DNA of 64,000 bases from Frankiales bacterium (GTDB lineage Bacteria > Actinomycetota > Actinomycetes > Mycobacteriales > SCTD01): NCBI GenBank assembly GCA_025966135.1, contig JAOPVP010000054.1, positions 539-64,538 of the forward strand, in the 5' to 3' direction. The notes beneath the pieces are model-generated. The model was not told the origin of the DNA. It did no database searches and saw nothing but the letters and a program-made list of their open reading frames with translations. Position 1 is the first letter of the stretch. Each line of letters begins with the position of its first letter. Shown here piece by piece: positions 17,976 to 28,737 of the stretch. The position numbers and the translations under genes were made by a program.

Positions 17976-20900
17976 GTGTCGACGCAATCCAGCCAGCAGA
18001 ACGATTTCGGTGCCAACGAGTGGTACATCCAAGAGCTGTACCAGGACTACCTCAAGGACCCGAACAGCGTGCCCGACACGTGGCGTGCCTTCCTCGCCGA
18101 CTACCGCCCCGTGGCCGCTCCCTTGAACGGCAACGGCGTTGCAGTGCAGCCCCCGGCGGTTGCTGCCCCGGCCGCCCCTGCCCCCGCCGCTGCTGCCCCG
18201 GCCCCGGCGGCACCCGTTGCCGCTCCCCCCGCTCCTGCTGCTCCGGCTCCTACTGCTCCGGCCCCTGCTGCTCCCGTCGCCGCTGCCCCCGCCCCTGCGG
18301 CCACTGGTGCAGCCACCACCCCCCTCAAGGGCGCTGCCGCACGCGTCGTGGCCAACATGGAGTCCTCGCTCGAGGTACCGACGGCCACCAGCGTCCGGGC
18401 CGTACCCGCGAAGTTGTTGGCGGACAACCGCACCGTCATCAACAATCACCTCCGGCGGGCGCGTGGCGGCAAGGTCTCCTTCACGCACCTCATCGGCTAC
18501 GCGCTGGTGAAGGCCGCGGTCGACGTGCCCGTCATGAACACCTCGTTCAGCCACCTCGACGGCAAGCCGGTGCTCGTCACCCCCGAGCACGTCGGCCTCG
18601 GGCTGGCGATCGACCTGCAGAACGCCAACGGCACTCGCTCGCTGGTCGTGGCGGCCATCAAGAACGCCGACACCCTCGACTTCTCGGGCTTCCACTCCGC
18701 CTACGAGGACATCGTGCGGCGGGCTCGCAACGGCAAACTGACCGCCGATGACTTCCAGGGCGCCACGATCAGCCTGACCAACCCGGGTGGCATCGGCACC
18801 GTTCACTCGGTCCCCCGCCTCATGCAGGGTCAGGGCGCGATCATCGGCGTCGGCGCGATGGAGTACCCGGCGGAGTTCGCCGGCGCCTCCGAGGAGAGCA
18901 TCGCCGCACTCGCCATCAGCAAGATCATCACGTTGACATCCACGTACGACCACCGCGTCATCCAAGGTGCGCAGTCCGGTGAGTTCCTGCGACGGATGAA
19001 TGAGCTACTCCTCGGCGCCGACGGGTTCTACGACGAGGTCTTCGCGAGCCTCCGGATCCCCTACGAGCCGGTCCGCTGGGTGCCGGACGTCCAGGCGACC
19101 CATGAGGGCGACCTCGACAAGGCAACCCGCGTCAACGAGCTCATCCACGTCTACCGGGTCCGCGGCCACCTGATGGCCGACACCGACCCGCTCGAGTTCA
19201 AGGTCCGCACCCACCCGGACCTCGACGTGGTCAACCACGGGCTGACGCTGTGGGACCTCGACCGGTCCTTCCCGGTCGGCGGTTTCGCCGGCCAGCGCGT
19301 GATGAAGCTTCGCGACGTCCTGGGGGTGCTGCGCGACTCCTACTGCCGCAATGTCGGCATCGAGTACATGCATATCCAGGACCCGGTGCAGCGCCGCTGG
19401 ATCCAGGACCGCGTCGAGAAGAAGTCGCAGGCCCCGGACCGCGACCTGCAGCTGCATGTCCTCAAGCGCCTCAACGCCGCGGAGGCGTTCGAGAACTTCC
19501 TGCAGACCAAGTTCGTCGGGCAGAAGCGCTTCTCGCTCGAGGGCGGCGAGTCGGTCATCCCGATGCTCGACTCGGTGCTGCACGGCGCCGCGAGCGCCGG
19601 CCTCGACGAGGTCGTCATCGGCATGGCCCACCGGGGCCGGCTCAACGTGCTCGCCAACATCGTCGGCAAGTCCTACGGCCAGATCTTCCGCGAGTTCGAG
19701 GGCAACCTCGACCCGCGCACGGTCCAAGGCTCCGGTGACGTGAAGTACCACCTCGGTGCCGAGGGCACGTTCACCTCCGCGGACGGGGCGAGCACCCGCG
19801 TCTCGCTGACCTCCAACCCCTCCCACCTGGAGGCGGTCGACCCGGTGCTCGAGGGCATCGTGCGTGCCAAGCAGGACGTGATCGACAAGGGCGAGGCCGG
19901 CTTCACGGTCCTGCCGGTCCTCCTGCACGGGGACGCTGCCTTCGCCGGCCAGGGCGTCGTCGCCGAGACCCTGCAGATGGGCCAGCTCCGCGGCTACCGC
20001 ACCGGCGGCACCGTGCACATCGTCATCAACAACCAGGTCGGGTTCACCACCGCGCCGGAGAGCAGCAGGAGCTCGACGTACTCCACCGACGTCGCACGCA
20101 CGGTGCAGGCGCCGATCTTCCACGTCAACGGCGACGACCCCGAGGCGTGCGTGCGGGTCGCGCAGCTGGCGTTCGAGTTCCGCCAGGCCTTCAAGAAGGA
20201 CGTCGTCATCGACCTCGTCTGCTACCGCCGCCGCGGCCACAACGAGGGCGACGACCCTTCGATGACGCAGCCGCTGATGTACGACGTCATCGACCGCAAG
20301 CGCTCGGTGCGCAAGACCTACACCGAGCAGCTGGTCGGTCGCGGCGACATCACGATCGAGGAGGCCCAGGAGGCCCTCAAGGACTACCAGGCGCAGCTGG
20401 AGCGGGTGTTCGCGGAGACCCGCGACGCCTCGACCTCGGCGCCCTCGGAGCCCCCGATGACCGACGTGCTCAACCTGTCGGCGATCGACACGGCCGTCGA
20501 GCAGTCCGTCCTGGACATCATCGGCCGAGCGCACGTCGAGCTGCCCGAGGGCTTCACCCCCCACCCGAAGCTCGCGCCCCTCATGCAGCGTCGCGTCGGG
20601 ATGGTCACCGAGGGTGGGATCGACTGGGGCTTCGGGGAAGTCCTGGCGTTCGGGTCGCTGCTGCTGGACGGCACCCCGGTCCGTCTGGCCGGGCAGGACA
20701 CCCGCCGAGGCACCTTCGTGCAGCGGCACTCGACCCTCATCGACCGGACCTCCGGTGCCGAGCACACCCCCCTGAAGTACCTCTCGGAGGACCAGGCGGC
20801 GTTCTACGTCTACGACTCCCTGCTGAGCGAGTACGCCTGCGTCGGCTTCGAGTACGGCTACTCGGTGGCCCGTCCCGAGGCGCTCGTGCTCTGGGAGGCG

Positions 20901-21647
20901 CAGTTCGGCGACTTCGTCAACGGCGCCATGACGATCATCGACGAGTTCATCTCCTCCGGCGAAGCCAAGTGGGGACAGCGCTCCGGCGTGACGCTGCTGC
21001 TCCCCCACGGCTATGAGGGCCAGGGGCCCGACCACTCCTCGACCCGCATCGAGCGCTTCCTGCAGCTGTGCGCCGAGGACAACATGACGGTCGCCTACCC
21101 GACCACGCCGGCGCAGCACTTCCACCTGCTGCGCGCCCAGGCGATGTCGTCGGTGAACCGCCCGCTCGTGGTGGTCACGCCGAAGTCCATGCTGCGCCTC
21201 AAGGCCGCCGCCTCGGCACCCTCGGACTTCACCAGCGGTCGCTGGCAGCCAGTGCTGGCCGACCCGGAGCAGCTCGACCCGGCCGGCGTCACCCGCGTCG
21301 TGCTGTGCTCCGGCAAGGTCTACTACGACCTGGCCGCCGCCCGACGCAAGGCAGAAGACAAGACCGTCGCGCTGGTCCGCGTCGAGCAGCTCTACCCGGT
21401 GCCTGGTGCGCAGGTCCGCGACGTCCTGGCCACCTACCCGAACGCCACCGACGTGGTGTGGACCCAGGAGGAGCCGGCCAACCAGGGCGCGTGGTCGCAC
21501 ATCGCACTGACGCTCCCCGAGCAGCTCCCCGACAACATCCGGCTACGCCGCCTGTCACGTCGTGCATCAGCGTCGCCCGCCGCCGGTTCGAGCAAGGTGC
21601 ACGAGGCGGAGCAGGCCGCGCTGGTCGAAGCCGCGCTTGCTCGCTAG
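17976..21647 (+). CDS. kgd: Multifunctional 2-oxoglutarate metabolism enzyme Kgd/OdhA (E1o fused to an E2-like acyltransferase segment)
   Basis: ORF 17853..21647. The GTG at 17976 gives [26 protein letters not shown]2-like [17 protein letters not shown]; E1o [17 protein letters not shown] and FGDFVNGA. Confidence 0.92.
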   Translation: MSTQSSQQNDFGANEWYIQELYQDYLKDPNSVPDTWRAFLADYRPVAAPLNGNGVAVQPPAVAAPAAPAPAAAAPAPAAPVAAPPAPAAPAPTAPAPAAPVAAAPAPAATGAATTPLKGAAARVVANMESSLEVPTATSVRAVPAKLLADNRTVINNHLRRARGGKVSFTHLIGYALVKAAVDVPVMNTSFSHLDGKPVLVTPEHVGLGLAIDLQNANGTRSLVVAAIKNADTLDFSGFHSAYEDIVRRARNGKLTADDFQGATISLTNPGGIGTVHSVPRLMQGQGAIIGVGAMEYPAEFAGASEESIAALAISKIITLTSTYDHRVIQGAQSGEFLRRMNELLLGADGFYDEVFASLRIPYEPVRWVPDVQATHEGDLDKATRVNELIHVYRVRGHLMADTDPLEFKVRTHPDLDVVNHGLTLWDLDRSFPVGGFAGQRVMKLRDVLGVLRDSYCRNVGIEYMHIQDPVQRRWIQDRVEKKSQAPDRDLQLHVLKRLNAAEAFENFLQTKFVGQKRFSLEGGESVIPMLDSVLHGAASAGLDEVVIGMAHRGRLNVLANIVGKSYGQIFREFEGNLDPRTVQGSGDVKYHLGAEGTFTSADGASTRVSLTSNPSHLEAVDPVLEGIVRAKQDVIDKGEAGFTVLPVLLHGDAAFAGQGVVAETLQMGQLRGYRTGGTVHIVINNQVGFTTAPESSRSSTYSTDVARTVQAPIFHVNGDDPEACVRVAQLAFEFRQAFKKDVVIDLVCYRRRGHNEGDDPSMTQPLMYDVIDRKRSVRKTYTEQLVGRGDITIEEAQEALKDYQAQLERVFAETRDASTSAPSEPPMTDVLNLSAIDTAVEQSVLDIIGRAHVELPEGFTPHPKLAPLMQRRVGMVTEGGIDWGFGEVLAFGSLLLDGTPVRLAGQDTRRGTFVQRHSTLIDRTSGAEHTPLKYLSEDQAAFYVYDSLLSEYACVGFEYGYSVARPEALVLWEAQFGDFVNGAMTIIDEFISSGEAKWGQRSGVTLLLPHGYEGQGPDHSSTRIERFLQLCAEDNMTVAYPTTPAQHFHLLRAQAMSSVNRPLVVVTPKSMLRLKAAASAPSDFTSGRWQPVLADPEQLDPAGVTRVVLCSGKVYYDLAAARRKAEDKTVALVRVEQLYPVPGAQVRDVLATYPNATDVVWTQEEPANQGAWSHIALTLPEQLPDNIRLRRLSRRASASPAAGSSKVHEAEQAALVEAALAR
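18150..18312 (+). repeat. Low-complexity Pro/Ala-rich linker repeat inside kgd
   Basis: Encodes [51 protein letters not shown]. The DNA is imperfect repeats of gcNccN units. Confidence 0.8.
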
Positions 21648-21662
21648 GAGGACGGCCCGCTG

Positions 21663-21839
21663 ATGTACTTCACCGACCGAGGTCTGGAGGAGCTCGCCGA
21701 CAGACGCGGCGAGGAGCAGGTCACGCTGGCCTGGCTGGCCGAGCGGCTGAAGGAGTTCGTCGACGAGCACCCCGAGTTCGAGGTGCCCGTGGAGCGAGTG
21801 GCCACCTGGCTCGCTCGGCTCGACGACGACGAGGACTGA
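21663..21839 (+). CDS. Small conserved acidic protein (DUF6104-like); not in the ORF track (58 aa)
   Basis: My translation: MYFTDRGLEELADRRGEEQVTLAWLAERLKEFVDEHPEFEVPVERVATWLARLDDDED, with stop TGA at 21837..21839. AGGAGG lies at 21646..21651. GC3-rich codons. Confidence 0.65.
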   Translation: MYFTDRGLEELADRRGEEQVTLAWLAERLKEFVDEHPEFEVPVERVATWLARLDDDED

Positions 21840-21848
21840 CCGCGTCTG

Positions 21849-22658
21849 TCAGCGCGGCGCGTAGGGGCCCCACAGAGGTCTCGCCGGCCTCCTCGGTGTC
21901 GCCGTACCCCTGAGTCTCCAGACCAGGAGCGCGCCGACGACGAAACCGATGACGTGCGCCCAGTACGCCACCCCGGAGGCGCCGGAGACGCCGGCGCCGC
22001 GGGCGTAGACGTACTGCAGCAGGAACCAGCCGCCCAGCACCAACCAGGCCGGCAGCCTGACGGGCAGGAAGAACAAGAAGGTCAGCAGCGACCACACCTT
22101 GGCCCGCGGGTACAGCACGAGGTAGGCGCCGAGGACCCCCGCGATCGCCCCGGACGCACCGACCAGCGGCTGCGTCGAGTCGGGCCGGAGCAGCGCGAAG
22201 CCGTAGGTCGCCACGTACCCGCAGAACAGGTAGAACAGCAGGTACTTCAACCGACCCAGCCGGTCCTCGACGTTGTTGCCGAAGACGTAGAGGAACAGCA
22301 TGTTCCCCAGCAGGTGCAGCCACCCGCCATGCAGGAACATCGCGGTCAAGACCGACAGGAACGGCGTCTTGTTGTACGGCGGTGGGCGCTGCAGGACGCA
22401 ACCGACCCCGCCCGGCGCCACCCCCACCTCGCCTGTCGCCCCCACGGGCTCCTGACGGTTGTGCAGCAGCTCGTCAGGTATCGCGGCGTACTCGTCGAAG
22501 AAGGCGACCTGACGGCACTCGTCCCGGAGTCCGATGCTTCCCACGAGATGGGTGGCGGCCGGGCTCAGCAGGAAGACCACGACGTTCACCGCGATGAGCA
22601 GGTAGGTGAGGACCGGCGTGCGACGGGTCGGGTTGACGTCGTGGACGGGCAGCACCAC
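21849..22658 (-). CDS. Rhomboid-family intramembrane serine protease
   Basis: Inside ORF 21849..22748. GTG near 22658 gives VVLPVHDVNPTRRTPVLTYLLI. Motifs FLHGGWLHLLGNMLFL and catalytic GASGAIAGVLGAY. Confidence 0.85.
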   Translation of the reverse strand: MVLPVHDVNPTRRTPVLTYLLIAVNVVVFLLSPAATHLVGSIGLRDECRQVAFFDEYAAIPDELLHNRQEPVGATGEVGVAPGGVGCVLQRPPPYNKTPFLSVLTAMFLHGGWLHLLGNMLFLYVFGNNVEDRLGRLKYLLFYLFCGYVATYGFALLRPDSTQPLVGASGAIAGVLGAYLVLYPRAKVWSLLTFLFFLPVRLPAWLVLGGWFLLQYVYARGAGVSGASGVAYWAHVIGFVVGALLVWRLRGTATPRRPARPLWGPYAPR

Positions 22659-22674
22659 CGCGCACCAGCTCCGA

Positions 22675-23640
22675 TCAGGTCGTGAGGACGAGCTTGCCGA
22701 CGACGGTTCCCTCGGCGAGCCGCTCGAAGCTCGCCCGTGCGTCCGCAAGTGGACGCACGTCGTCGATCAGCGGCCGCAGCCCGGTGGCCCCGCAGAAGCT
22801 GAGCAGGTCGCCGAACTCCTGCCTGGTGCCCATGGTGGAGCCGACCACCCTGAGCTGCAGGAAGAACAGCCGGTTGAGGTCCGCGGACGGGTCGGGACCC
22901 GTGGTCGCACCGGACACGACGAGCGTGCCGCCCGGACGCAGGGCCCGCATCGAGTGCGACCAGGTCGCCTTGCCGACCGTCTCCAGCACGGCATCGACCT
23001 TGGCAGGCAGCCGGGCACCGGTCTCGAACACCTCGTGGGCCCCGATCTCGAGAGCCTTGCTTCGCTTGTCCTCGTCGCGGCTGGTGGCCCACACCGTCAA
23101 GCCCGCCTGCCGCGCCAACGCGATCGCGGCCGTGGCCACGCCGCCTCCGGCGCCCTGCACCAGCACCGTCTGCCCGGGTTTGGCACCACTGTGCGTGAAC
23201 AGCATCCGGTAGGCCGTCAGCCAGGCCGTCGGCAGGCAGGCAGCCTGTTCCCAGGTCAGGTCCTTGGGCTTGGGGAGCACGTTGCGCGCCGGCACAACGA
23301 CCTGCTCGGCGAGGGTCCCGTCATGCAGCTCCGACAGCAGGGTCCGCTTGGGATCGAGGGTGTCGTCGCCGGTCCAGGCGGGACTGGTGACGACCGCGTG
23401 GACAACCACCTCGGTGCCATCATCGAGCACACCGGCTCCGTCGCAGCCGAGCACCATCGGGAGCTTGTCCGCGGCAAGGCCGACGCCCTTGAGCGACCAC
23501 AGGTCGTGGTGGTTGAGGGCTGCTGCCTTCACGGTCACCCGGACCCACCCGTCGGGGACCGTCGGGTCAGGACGCTCCCCCACGGTGAGCCCGCTCAGCG
23601 GGTCGTCTGCAGACTGCGAGGTGCAGGTGACAGCGAGCAT
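22675..23640 (-). CDS. Zinc-type alcohol dehydrogenase / quinone oxidoreductase (MDR family)
   Basis: 321-aa ORF with VTVKAAALNHHDLW...PMVLGCDGAGV and the Rossmann segment VLVQGAGGGVATAAIALA. Confidence 0.85.
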   Translation of the reverse strand: MLAVTCTSQSADDPLSGLTVGERPDPTVPDGWVRVTVKAAALNHHDLWSLKGVGLAADKLPMVLGCDGAGVLDDGTEVVVHAVVTSPAWTGDDTLDPKRTLLSELHDGTLAEQVVVPARNVLPKPKDLTWEQAACLPTAWLTAYRMLFTHSGAKPGQTVLVQGAGGGVATAAIALARQAGLTVWATSRDEDKRSKALEIGAHEVFETGARLPAKVDAVLETVGKATWSHSMRALRPGGTLVVSGATTGPDPSADLNRLFFLQLRVVGSTMGTRQEFGDLLSFCGATGLRPLIDDVRPLADARASFERLAEGTVVGKLVLTT

Positions 23641-23670
23641 GCCCGTGACCCTAGCCCGCCCCGTCTCCGC

Positions 23671-23730
23671 CGATCATGGAGGTGTTGCCCACTAGGCACG
23701 CTCACGCAGTGAGCACTTGCTCCATGATCG
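23671..23730. other. 11-bp perfect inverted repeat (CGATCATGGAG ... CTCCATGATCG) enclosing a nested GCTCAC-gca-GTGAGC hairpin
   Basis: Read directly: arms at 23671..23681 and 23720..23730, inner hairpin at 23700..23714. It occupies most of the 106-bp gap between the malic enzyme stop and the oxidoreductase start. Confidence 0.6.
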
Positions 23731-23746
23731 CCGGGAGGTACGGCGA

Positions 23747-24961
23747 CTACAGGCGGGCGACGCCGTCGGCGCGGGCGGCGTCGGCGACGGCCGCGCTGAT
23801 GGACGGGGCGACCCGGGAGTCGAAGACCGACGGGATGACGCACTGCTCGCTGAGGTCGTCGCCGACCACGGCCGCCAGGGCCACCGCCGCGGCCTGCTTC
23901 ATTCCCTCGGTCACCCGCGACGCGCGCACCGACATGGCGCCCTGGAACACGCCCGGGAAGGCCAGCACGTTGTTGATCTGGTTCGGGAAGTCCGAGCGAC
24001 CGGTCGCGACGACCCGAGCACCCGCGCGGTGCGCGTCGTCGGGGTGCACCTCGGGGTCGGGGTTGGCCATCGCGAACACGATCGAGTCCTTGGCCATCGA
24101 CGCGACCGCTTCGACCGGGACCTTGCCGCTCGACAGGCCCAGCAGCACGTCGGCACCAGCCAGGGCGTCCACGAACGAGCCCGTGAAGGCCGCCCGGTTG
24201 CTGATGGTCGCGAACATCCGCTTCTCGTCGGTGAGGTCGGTGCGGTCGATGTGCACGATGCCCTTGCTGTCGGCCACGGCGAGGTCACCGACACCGGCGT
24301 CGAGGATCATCTTCGACACGGCGATGCCGGCCGCACCCGCGCCACTCACGACGACCCGCAGGTCGCCGAGGTCCCGGCCGGTCAACTTGGCGGCGTTGCG
24401 CAAGGCGGCGAGCACGACGATCGCGGTGCCGTGCTGGTCGTCATGGAAGACGGGGATGTCGACGCGCTCCTGCACACGACGCTCGACCTCGAAGCAGCGG
24501 GGCGCGCTGATGTCCTCGAGGTTGATGCCGCCGAACGCCGGCGCCAAGCGCACGATCGTCTCGATGAGCTCATCGGTGTCCGTGACGTCCAGGCAGATCG
24601 GGACGGCGTCGATGCCCCCGAAATGCTTGAATAGCATGGCTTTGCCCTCCATCACAGGAAGGGCGGCCTGGGGGCCGATGTCACCGAGACCGAGGACCGC
24701 GGTGCCATCGGTGACCACGGCCACGGTGCGGGACTTCCAGGTGTAGTCGTAGACCAACGACGGCTGCTGCTCGATCGCGGTGCAGACGCGGGCGACGCCC
24801 GGCGTGTAGGCCAGCGACAGGTCATCACGCGTCACGAGCGGGACGGCCAGGCCGACCTCGATCTTGCCACCGCGGTGCAGTGCAAAGACGGGATCGGCGT
24901 CCCGGTCGGCGGGTGCGGTCTCGGCGTCCACGACGGTCGGGTCCTCCAGAAAAGCGGTCAC
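23747..24961 (-). CDS. NAD(P)-dependent malic enzyme (short MaeB-type)
   Basis: 404-aa ORF with LSLAYTPGVARVC, VVTDGTAVLGLGDIGPQAALPVMEGKAMLFK and VVSGAGAAGIAVSK. Confidence 0.9.
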   Translation of the reverse strand: MTAFLEDPTVVDAETAPADRDADPVFALHRGGKIEVGLAVPLVTRDDLSLAYTPGVARVCTAIEQQPSLVYDYTWKSRTVAVVTDGTAVLGLGDIGPQAALPVMEGKAMLFKHFGGIDAVPICLDVTDTDELIETIVRLAPAFGGINLEDISAPRCFEVERRVQERVDIPVFHDDQHGTAIVVLAALRNAAKLTGRDLGDLRVVVSGAGAAGIAVSKMILDAGVGDLAVADSKGIVHIDRTDLTDEKRMFATISNRAAFTGSFVDALAGADVLLGLSSGKVPVEAVASMAKDSIVFAMANPDPEVHPDDAHRAGARVVATGRSDFPNQINNVLAFPGVFQGAMSVRASRVTEGMKQAAAVALAAVVGDDLSEQCVIPSVFDSRVAPSISAAVADAARADGVARL

Positions 24962-25259
24962 TACGGGCTCCTCACGGCGACGACGCCGCCCTTCCGGGTG
25001 GCGTCACGACGCCGTCATACGAACGGTGGGGGCGCGGGCGAAGGTGGGCCGCGCGGCGTCGATCGGGGGTTGCCCGGAGCAGTCATCGTGTCACAGCGAC
25101 CTCGACGGGGGCGGTACGGGTCGGCGACGCGGCATGTTCGGGACGTTCCGAGGGGTTTGCCCTGCTCTTGCAGTAGCTCGCGTCATGCCGCCCGCATGGT
25201 TTCCGTGCGCTCGTTGGTGGCACGATGCGGCTACAGGACGATCTCTCCTTGGAGGACCC

Positions 25260-26141
25260 GTGCGCTCTCGCAGGATTGGCCTGCTCCCCTTCGCCATGGC
25301 CACCCTGCTGGCCGTGGCCGGTTGCGGCAGCAGCAGCGACTCCCCGACGGTCAGCCAGAGCAAAGGCGCCGCGCCGCTGGCATCCCTGCTCCCGCAGGCC
25401 ATTCGCGACAAAGGCACCCTGGTCGTCGGTTCCGACGTGGCGTACGCGCCTGTCGAGTTCTTCGACACCGACGGCAAGACCATCATCGGCATCGACCCCG
25501 ACCTGGGGAAAGCGATCGGTGACCAGCTCGGCATCACCTTGAAGTTCCAGAACGGCACGTTCGACGGCCTCATCACCTCACTGACCAAGAGCAAGCGCAT
25601 CGACCTGATCATGAGCGCGATGAGCGACACCAAAAAGCGTGAGGCGACGATCGACTTCGTCGACTACTTCACCGCGGGCACCTCGATCCTGGTGAAAAAG
25701 GGCAATCCGCAGGGCATCCAGACCCTCGATGACTTCTGTGGCAAGACCATCGCGATCCAGCGCGGCACCACGCAGGATGACGTCGCGACCGCGCAGCAGA
25801 AGAAGTGCCAAAAGGCCGGCAAGCCCCTCAACGTCCTGAAGTTCGACCGGGACACCGAGGCACTGCTGCAGGTCAAGCAAGGCCGCGCGGTCGCAGACAT
25901 GAACGACTTCCCGGTCGCCGCCTACACGACCTCCCAGTCGTCGGACTACGAGGTCGTGGGGGCGCAGATCGAGGCCGGGCCGTACGGCATCGGCGTACGC
26001 AAGACCGACACGGCCCTTCGCAACGCCCTCCAGAAGGCGGTTCAGGCCCTCATCGACAACGGTGACTACGCCAAGATCCTCGCGAAGTGGAAGGTCACAG
26101 CGGGTGCGGTGAAGACGGCGTCGGTCAACGGCGGCTCGTGA
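25260..26141 (+). CDS. Polar amino-acid ABC transporter substrate-binding lipoprotein
   Basis: Frame of ORF 24864..26141. GTG 25260 follows GGAGGA. Lipobox LLAVAGC. Family-3 SBP segments [14 protein letters not shown] and [11 protein letters not shown]. Confidence 0.85.
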   Translation: MRSRRIGLLPFAMATLLAVAGCGSSSDSPTVSQSKGAAPLASLLPQAIRDKGTLVVGSDVAYAPVEFFDTDGKTIIGIDPDLGKAIGDQLGITLKFQNGTFDGLITSLTKSKRIDLIMSAMSDTKKREATIDFVDYFTAGTSILVKKGNPQGIQTLDDFCGKTIAIQRGTTQDDVATAQQKKCQKAGKPLNVLKFDRDTEALLQVKQGRAVADMNDFPVAAYTTSQSSDYEVVGAQIEAGPYGIGVRKTDTALRNALQKAVQALIDNGDYAKILAKWKVTAGAVKTASVNGGS

Positions 26142-27037
26142 CCAGCACCGCGAGCGTGACCGCGCCAGAACGGCTGGTCGCAGTCCCGGTCCGTTACTGG
26201 GGGCGCTGGGTCAGCGCTGTCGTGGTCCTGGTCCTCGTCGGCCTGTTCCTGTACGCAATGACCCGGGCCGACGTCAACTGGCAGACCACGCGCCACTTCT
26301 TCACGTTCCCCACCATCGTCAGGGGCGCGGGCCGCACGCTGCTCATCAGCGTCCTGGCGCAGGCCCTGGGGATCGCGCTCGGCGTGGTAGTCGCCGTGAT
26401 GCGGTCTTCTGGAAACCCGGTCACGGGGGCGGTGGGCTGGTTCTACGTCTGGTTCTTCCGTGGCACTCCCGTCCTGCTCCAACTGCTTGTCTGGTTCAAC
26501 CTGGCGTTCCTGTTTCCGACGCTTTCGTTCCCAGGCCTGGGATCAGCCAAGACGAGCGACGTCATGACTCCCTTCGTCGCAGCGCTCCTCGGGCTCGGCA
26601 TCAACGAAGGGGCCTACATGGCGGAGATCGTCCGAGCTGGCCTGAACTCGGTCGACGAGGGCCAGACCGAGGCCGCCCAGGCCCTGGGGATGTCTCGGGG
26701 ACTTCTCCTCCGGCGCATCGTGCTGCCGCAGGCGATGCGCGTGATCGTGCCGCCCACGGGCAACGAGTTCATCAACATGCTCAAGACCAGCTCGTTGGCG
26801 TCCATCGTGCAGTACGGCGAGCTCCTCCTGGCGGCCCAGGCCATCTACACCAACAACCTGCAGATCATGGAACTGCTGTTCTCCGCGGCGCTCTGGTACC
26901 TCGTGCTCACCAGCGTGTTCAGCATCGGGCAGTTCTACCTCGAACGACGCTTCTCCCGGGGCGCGACCCGCAACCTCGCGCTCACCCCCCTGCAACGGGT
27001 ACGGCTCGCCCTGCTCCGCTCGGAGCGCGCACGATGA
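26138..27037 (+). CDS. Amino-acid ABC transporter permease
   Basis: ORF 26087..27037. GTG 26138 overlaps the SBP stop (GTGA). Contains the EAA-type loop [31 protein letters not shown]. Confidence 0.88.
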   Translation: MTSTASVTAPERLVAVPVRYWGRWVSAVVVLVLVGLFLYAMTRADVNWQTTRHFFTFPTIVRGAGRTLLISVLAQALGIALGVVVAVMRSSGNPVTGAVGWFYVWFFRGTPVLLQLLVWFNLAFLFPTLSFPGLGSAKTSDVMTPFVAALLGLGINEGAYMAEIVRAGLNSVDEGQTEAAQALGMSRGLLLRRIVLPQAMRVIVPPTGNEFINMLKTSSLASIVQYGELLLAAQAIYTNNLQIMELLFSAALWYLVLTSVFSIGQFYLERRFSRGATRNLALTPLQRVRLALLRSERAR

Positions 27038-27798
27038 GCGCGCCCATGGTGCATGCAGAGAAGGTGCACAAGAGCTTCGGCAAGGTGGAGGTTCTCAAGG
27101 GCATCGACCTCACCGTCGAGCTGGGCGAGGTGTGCTGCCTGCTCGGGCCGTCGGGCTCCGGCAAGTCCACCTTCCTGCGCTGCATCAACCACCTCGAGAA
27201 GGTGGACGCCGGCCGCCTGTCGGTCGACGGGGAGCTCGTCGGCTACCGCCAGAGCGGGGAGAAGCTGTACGAGCTCAAGGAGAAGGAGACGTCGAGCAAG
27301 CGGGCTGAGATCGGCATGGTCTTCCAACGCTTCAACCTCTTCCCGCACATGACCGCCCTCGGCAACATCGTCGAGGCCCCGATCCGGGTGAAGGGCCTGG
27401 GAAAGGCAGAGGCAGCAGAGCGCGCACGGGCGCTGCTGGACCGGGTGGGGCTGTCGGACAAGGTCGACGCCTACCCAGCGCAGCTGTCGGGCGGCCAGCA
27501 GCAGCGGGTCGCCATCGCCCGGGCCCTGGCCATGCAACCCAAGCTGATGCTCTTCGACGAGCCGACGAGCGCGCTCGACCCCGAGCTCGTCGGTGAGGTG
27601 CTCGACGTCATGCGAGGCCTGGCCGCGGACGGCATGACGATGCTGGTCGTCACCCATGAGATGGGCTTCGCGCGCGACGTGGGCGACACCGTGGTGTTCA
27701 TGGACGGTGGTGTCGTAGTGGAGAGTGGTGCCCCGCACGACGTCATCAACAACCCCCAGCAGGAACGGACCCGCGCGTTCCTCGGAAAGGTCCTCTGA
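27034..27798 (+). CDS. Amino-acid ABC transporter ATP-binding protein
   Basis: 254-aa ORF with Walker [10 protein letters not shown], signature LSGGQQQR and Walker [17 protein letters not shown] overlap with the permease gene. Confidence 0.92.
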   Translation: MSAPMVHAEKVHKSFGKVEVLKGIDLTVELGEVCCLLGPSGSGKSTFLRCINHLEKVDAGRLSVDGELVGYRQSGEKLYELKEKETSSKRAEIGMVFQRFNLFPHMTALGNIVEAPIRVKGLGKAEAAERARALLDRVGLSDKVDAYPAQLSGGQQQRVAIARALAMQPKLMLFDEPTSALDPELVGEVLDVMRGLAADGMTMLVVTHEMGFARDVGDTVVFMDGGVVVESGAPHDVINNPQQERTRAFLGKVL

Positions 27799-27802
27799 GC
27801 AC

Positions 27803-28411
27803 ATGCAGGTCGACGAGCTGAAGGTCCCCGACTCGTGGGTCTTCACCCCCAAGCAGTGGCCGGACCCGCGTGGCGTCTTCCTCGAGTGGTTCAAGGCGCC
27901 TGTGTTCCGCGACGCGGTCGGCCACGACCTGGCCGTCAAGCAGGCCAACCACTCGGTCAGCGCGAAGGGAACGCTGCGCGGCGTGCACTTCGCCGACGTC
28001 CCGCCCGGTCAGGCGAAGTACGTCTACTGCACCAAGGGCGCCGTGCTCGACGTCGTCGTCGACATCCGGGTCGGGTCGCCGACGTTCGGGGTCAGTGACG
28101 CCGTCCGGCTCGACGCCGTCGACCGCAAAGCGGTCTACCTCAGCGAAGGACTGGGCCACGCCTTCCTGGCACTGACCGACGACGCCAACGTGACCTACCT
28201 GTGCAGCGAGCCCTACAACCCGACCGGGGAGCACGGCGTGCATCCCCTGGACACCGAACTGGACCTGCCTTTCCCCGACGACGTCGAGCACCTGCTTTCG
28301 GAAAAGGACGCCGCGGCGCCGACGCTGGCGGAAGCCCTGGCCACCGGGCTGCTTCCGTCGTACGAGCGGTGCCAGGCGTTCTACGAGCGCCTTCGGAGCA
28401 GCGGCCAGTAG
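27803..28411 (+). CDS. rmlC: dTDP-4-dehydrorhamnose 3,5-epimerase
   Basis: Frame of ORF 27725..28411, starting at ATG 27803. Sequence: PDPRGVFLEWF...TLRGVHFADVPPGQAKYVYCTKGAVLDVVVDIRVGSPTFG...GLGHAFLAL. Confidence 0.88.
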   Translation: MQVDELKVPDSWVFTPKQWPDPRGVFLEWFKAPVFRDAVGHDLAVKQANHSVSAKGTLRGVHFADVPPGQAKYVYCTKGAVLDVVVDIRVGSPTFGVSDAVRLDAVDRKAVYLSEGLGHAFLALTDDANVTYLCSEPYNPTGEHGVHPLDTELDLPFPDDVEHLLSEKDAAAPTLAEALATGLLPSYERCQAFYERLRSSGQ

Positions 28412-28683
28412 CGCAGGGGCCAGTAGCGCAGCAGCACCCGCGCCTCCACATCGGCGACGCCCGTGGGTCCCTCCACGAAGGGGTTGTCCGAGGTCAGTGT
28501 CCAGCCGCCGTCCTGCTCCGCGACGGCCCGCTTCACGACCAGCAAGGAGGGTCGCGAGCGGAAGCGCGCGACCACCAGGTCCCCTGGGCGAACGCGCGCC
28601 CCGCGCCGGACCACCAGGCAGTCACCGCCCCGCAGAGTCGGGACCATCGAGGGCCCGGTGACAAGCACGGTCCCCATGCGCAC
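28381..28683 (-). CDS. sodX: S26-family signal-peptidase-like Ni-SOD maturation protease
   Basis: C-terminal part of ORF 28381..28998. GTG 28683 or ATG 28677 gives MGTVLVTGPSMVPTLRGGDCLVV...LLVVKRAV. It is divergent from sodN. Its last 31 nt overlap the rmlC end. Confidence 0.75.
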   Translation of the reverse strand: MRMGTVLVTGPSMVPTLRGGDCLVVRRGARVRPGDLVVARFRSRPSLLVVKRAVAEQDGGWTLTSDNPFVEGPTGVADVEARVLLRYWPLRYWPLLRRRS

Positions 28684-28737
28684 GGCTACCCCTTTGCGGA
28701 CTAGGGTCGAGGAAACCCCGACCAGGAAGGACACATC

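Noticed and set aside
18150-18312. Short repetitive DNA that could be mistaken for a repeat array or CRISPR
   Set aside because: It is in frame within kgd and encodes a Pro/Ala linker. It has no unique spacers and no repeat-spacer periodicity.
19005-21500. 831-aa minus-strand ORF inside kgd
   Set aside because: It lies antisense to a gene with clear E1o/E2 motifs. Its composition is low-complexity.
24982-25005. 10-bp hairpin GACGCCGCCC-ttcc-GGGTGGCGTC in the malic enzyme / ABC transporter divergent region, as a possible riboswitch or terminator
   Set aside because: No gene ends here and I recognise no riboswitch core. It may be a 5'-UTR structure, but the evidence is a single stem.
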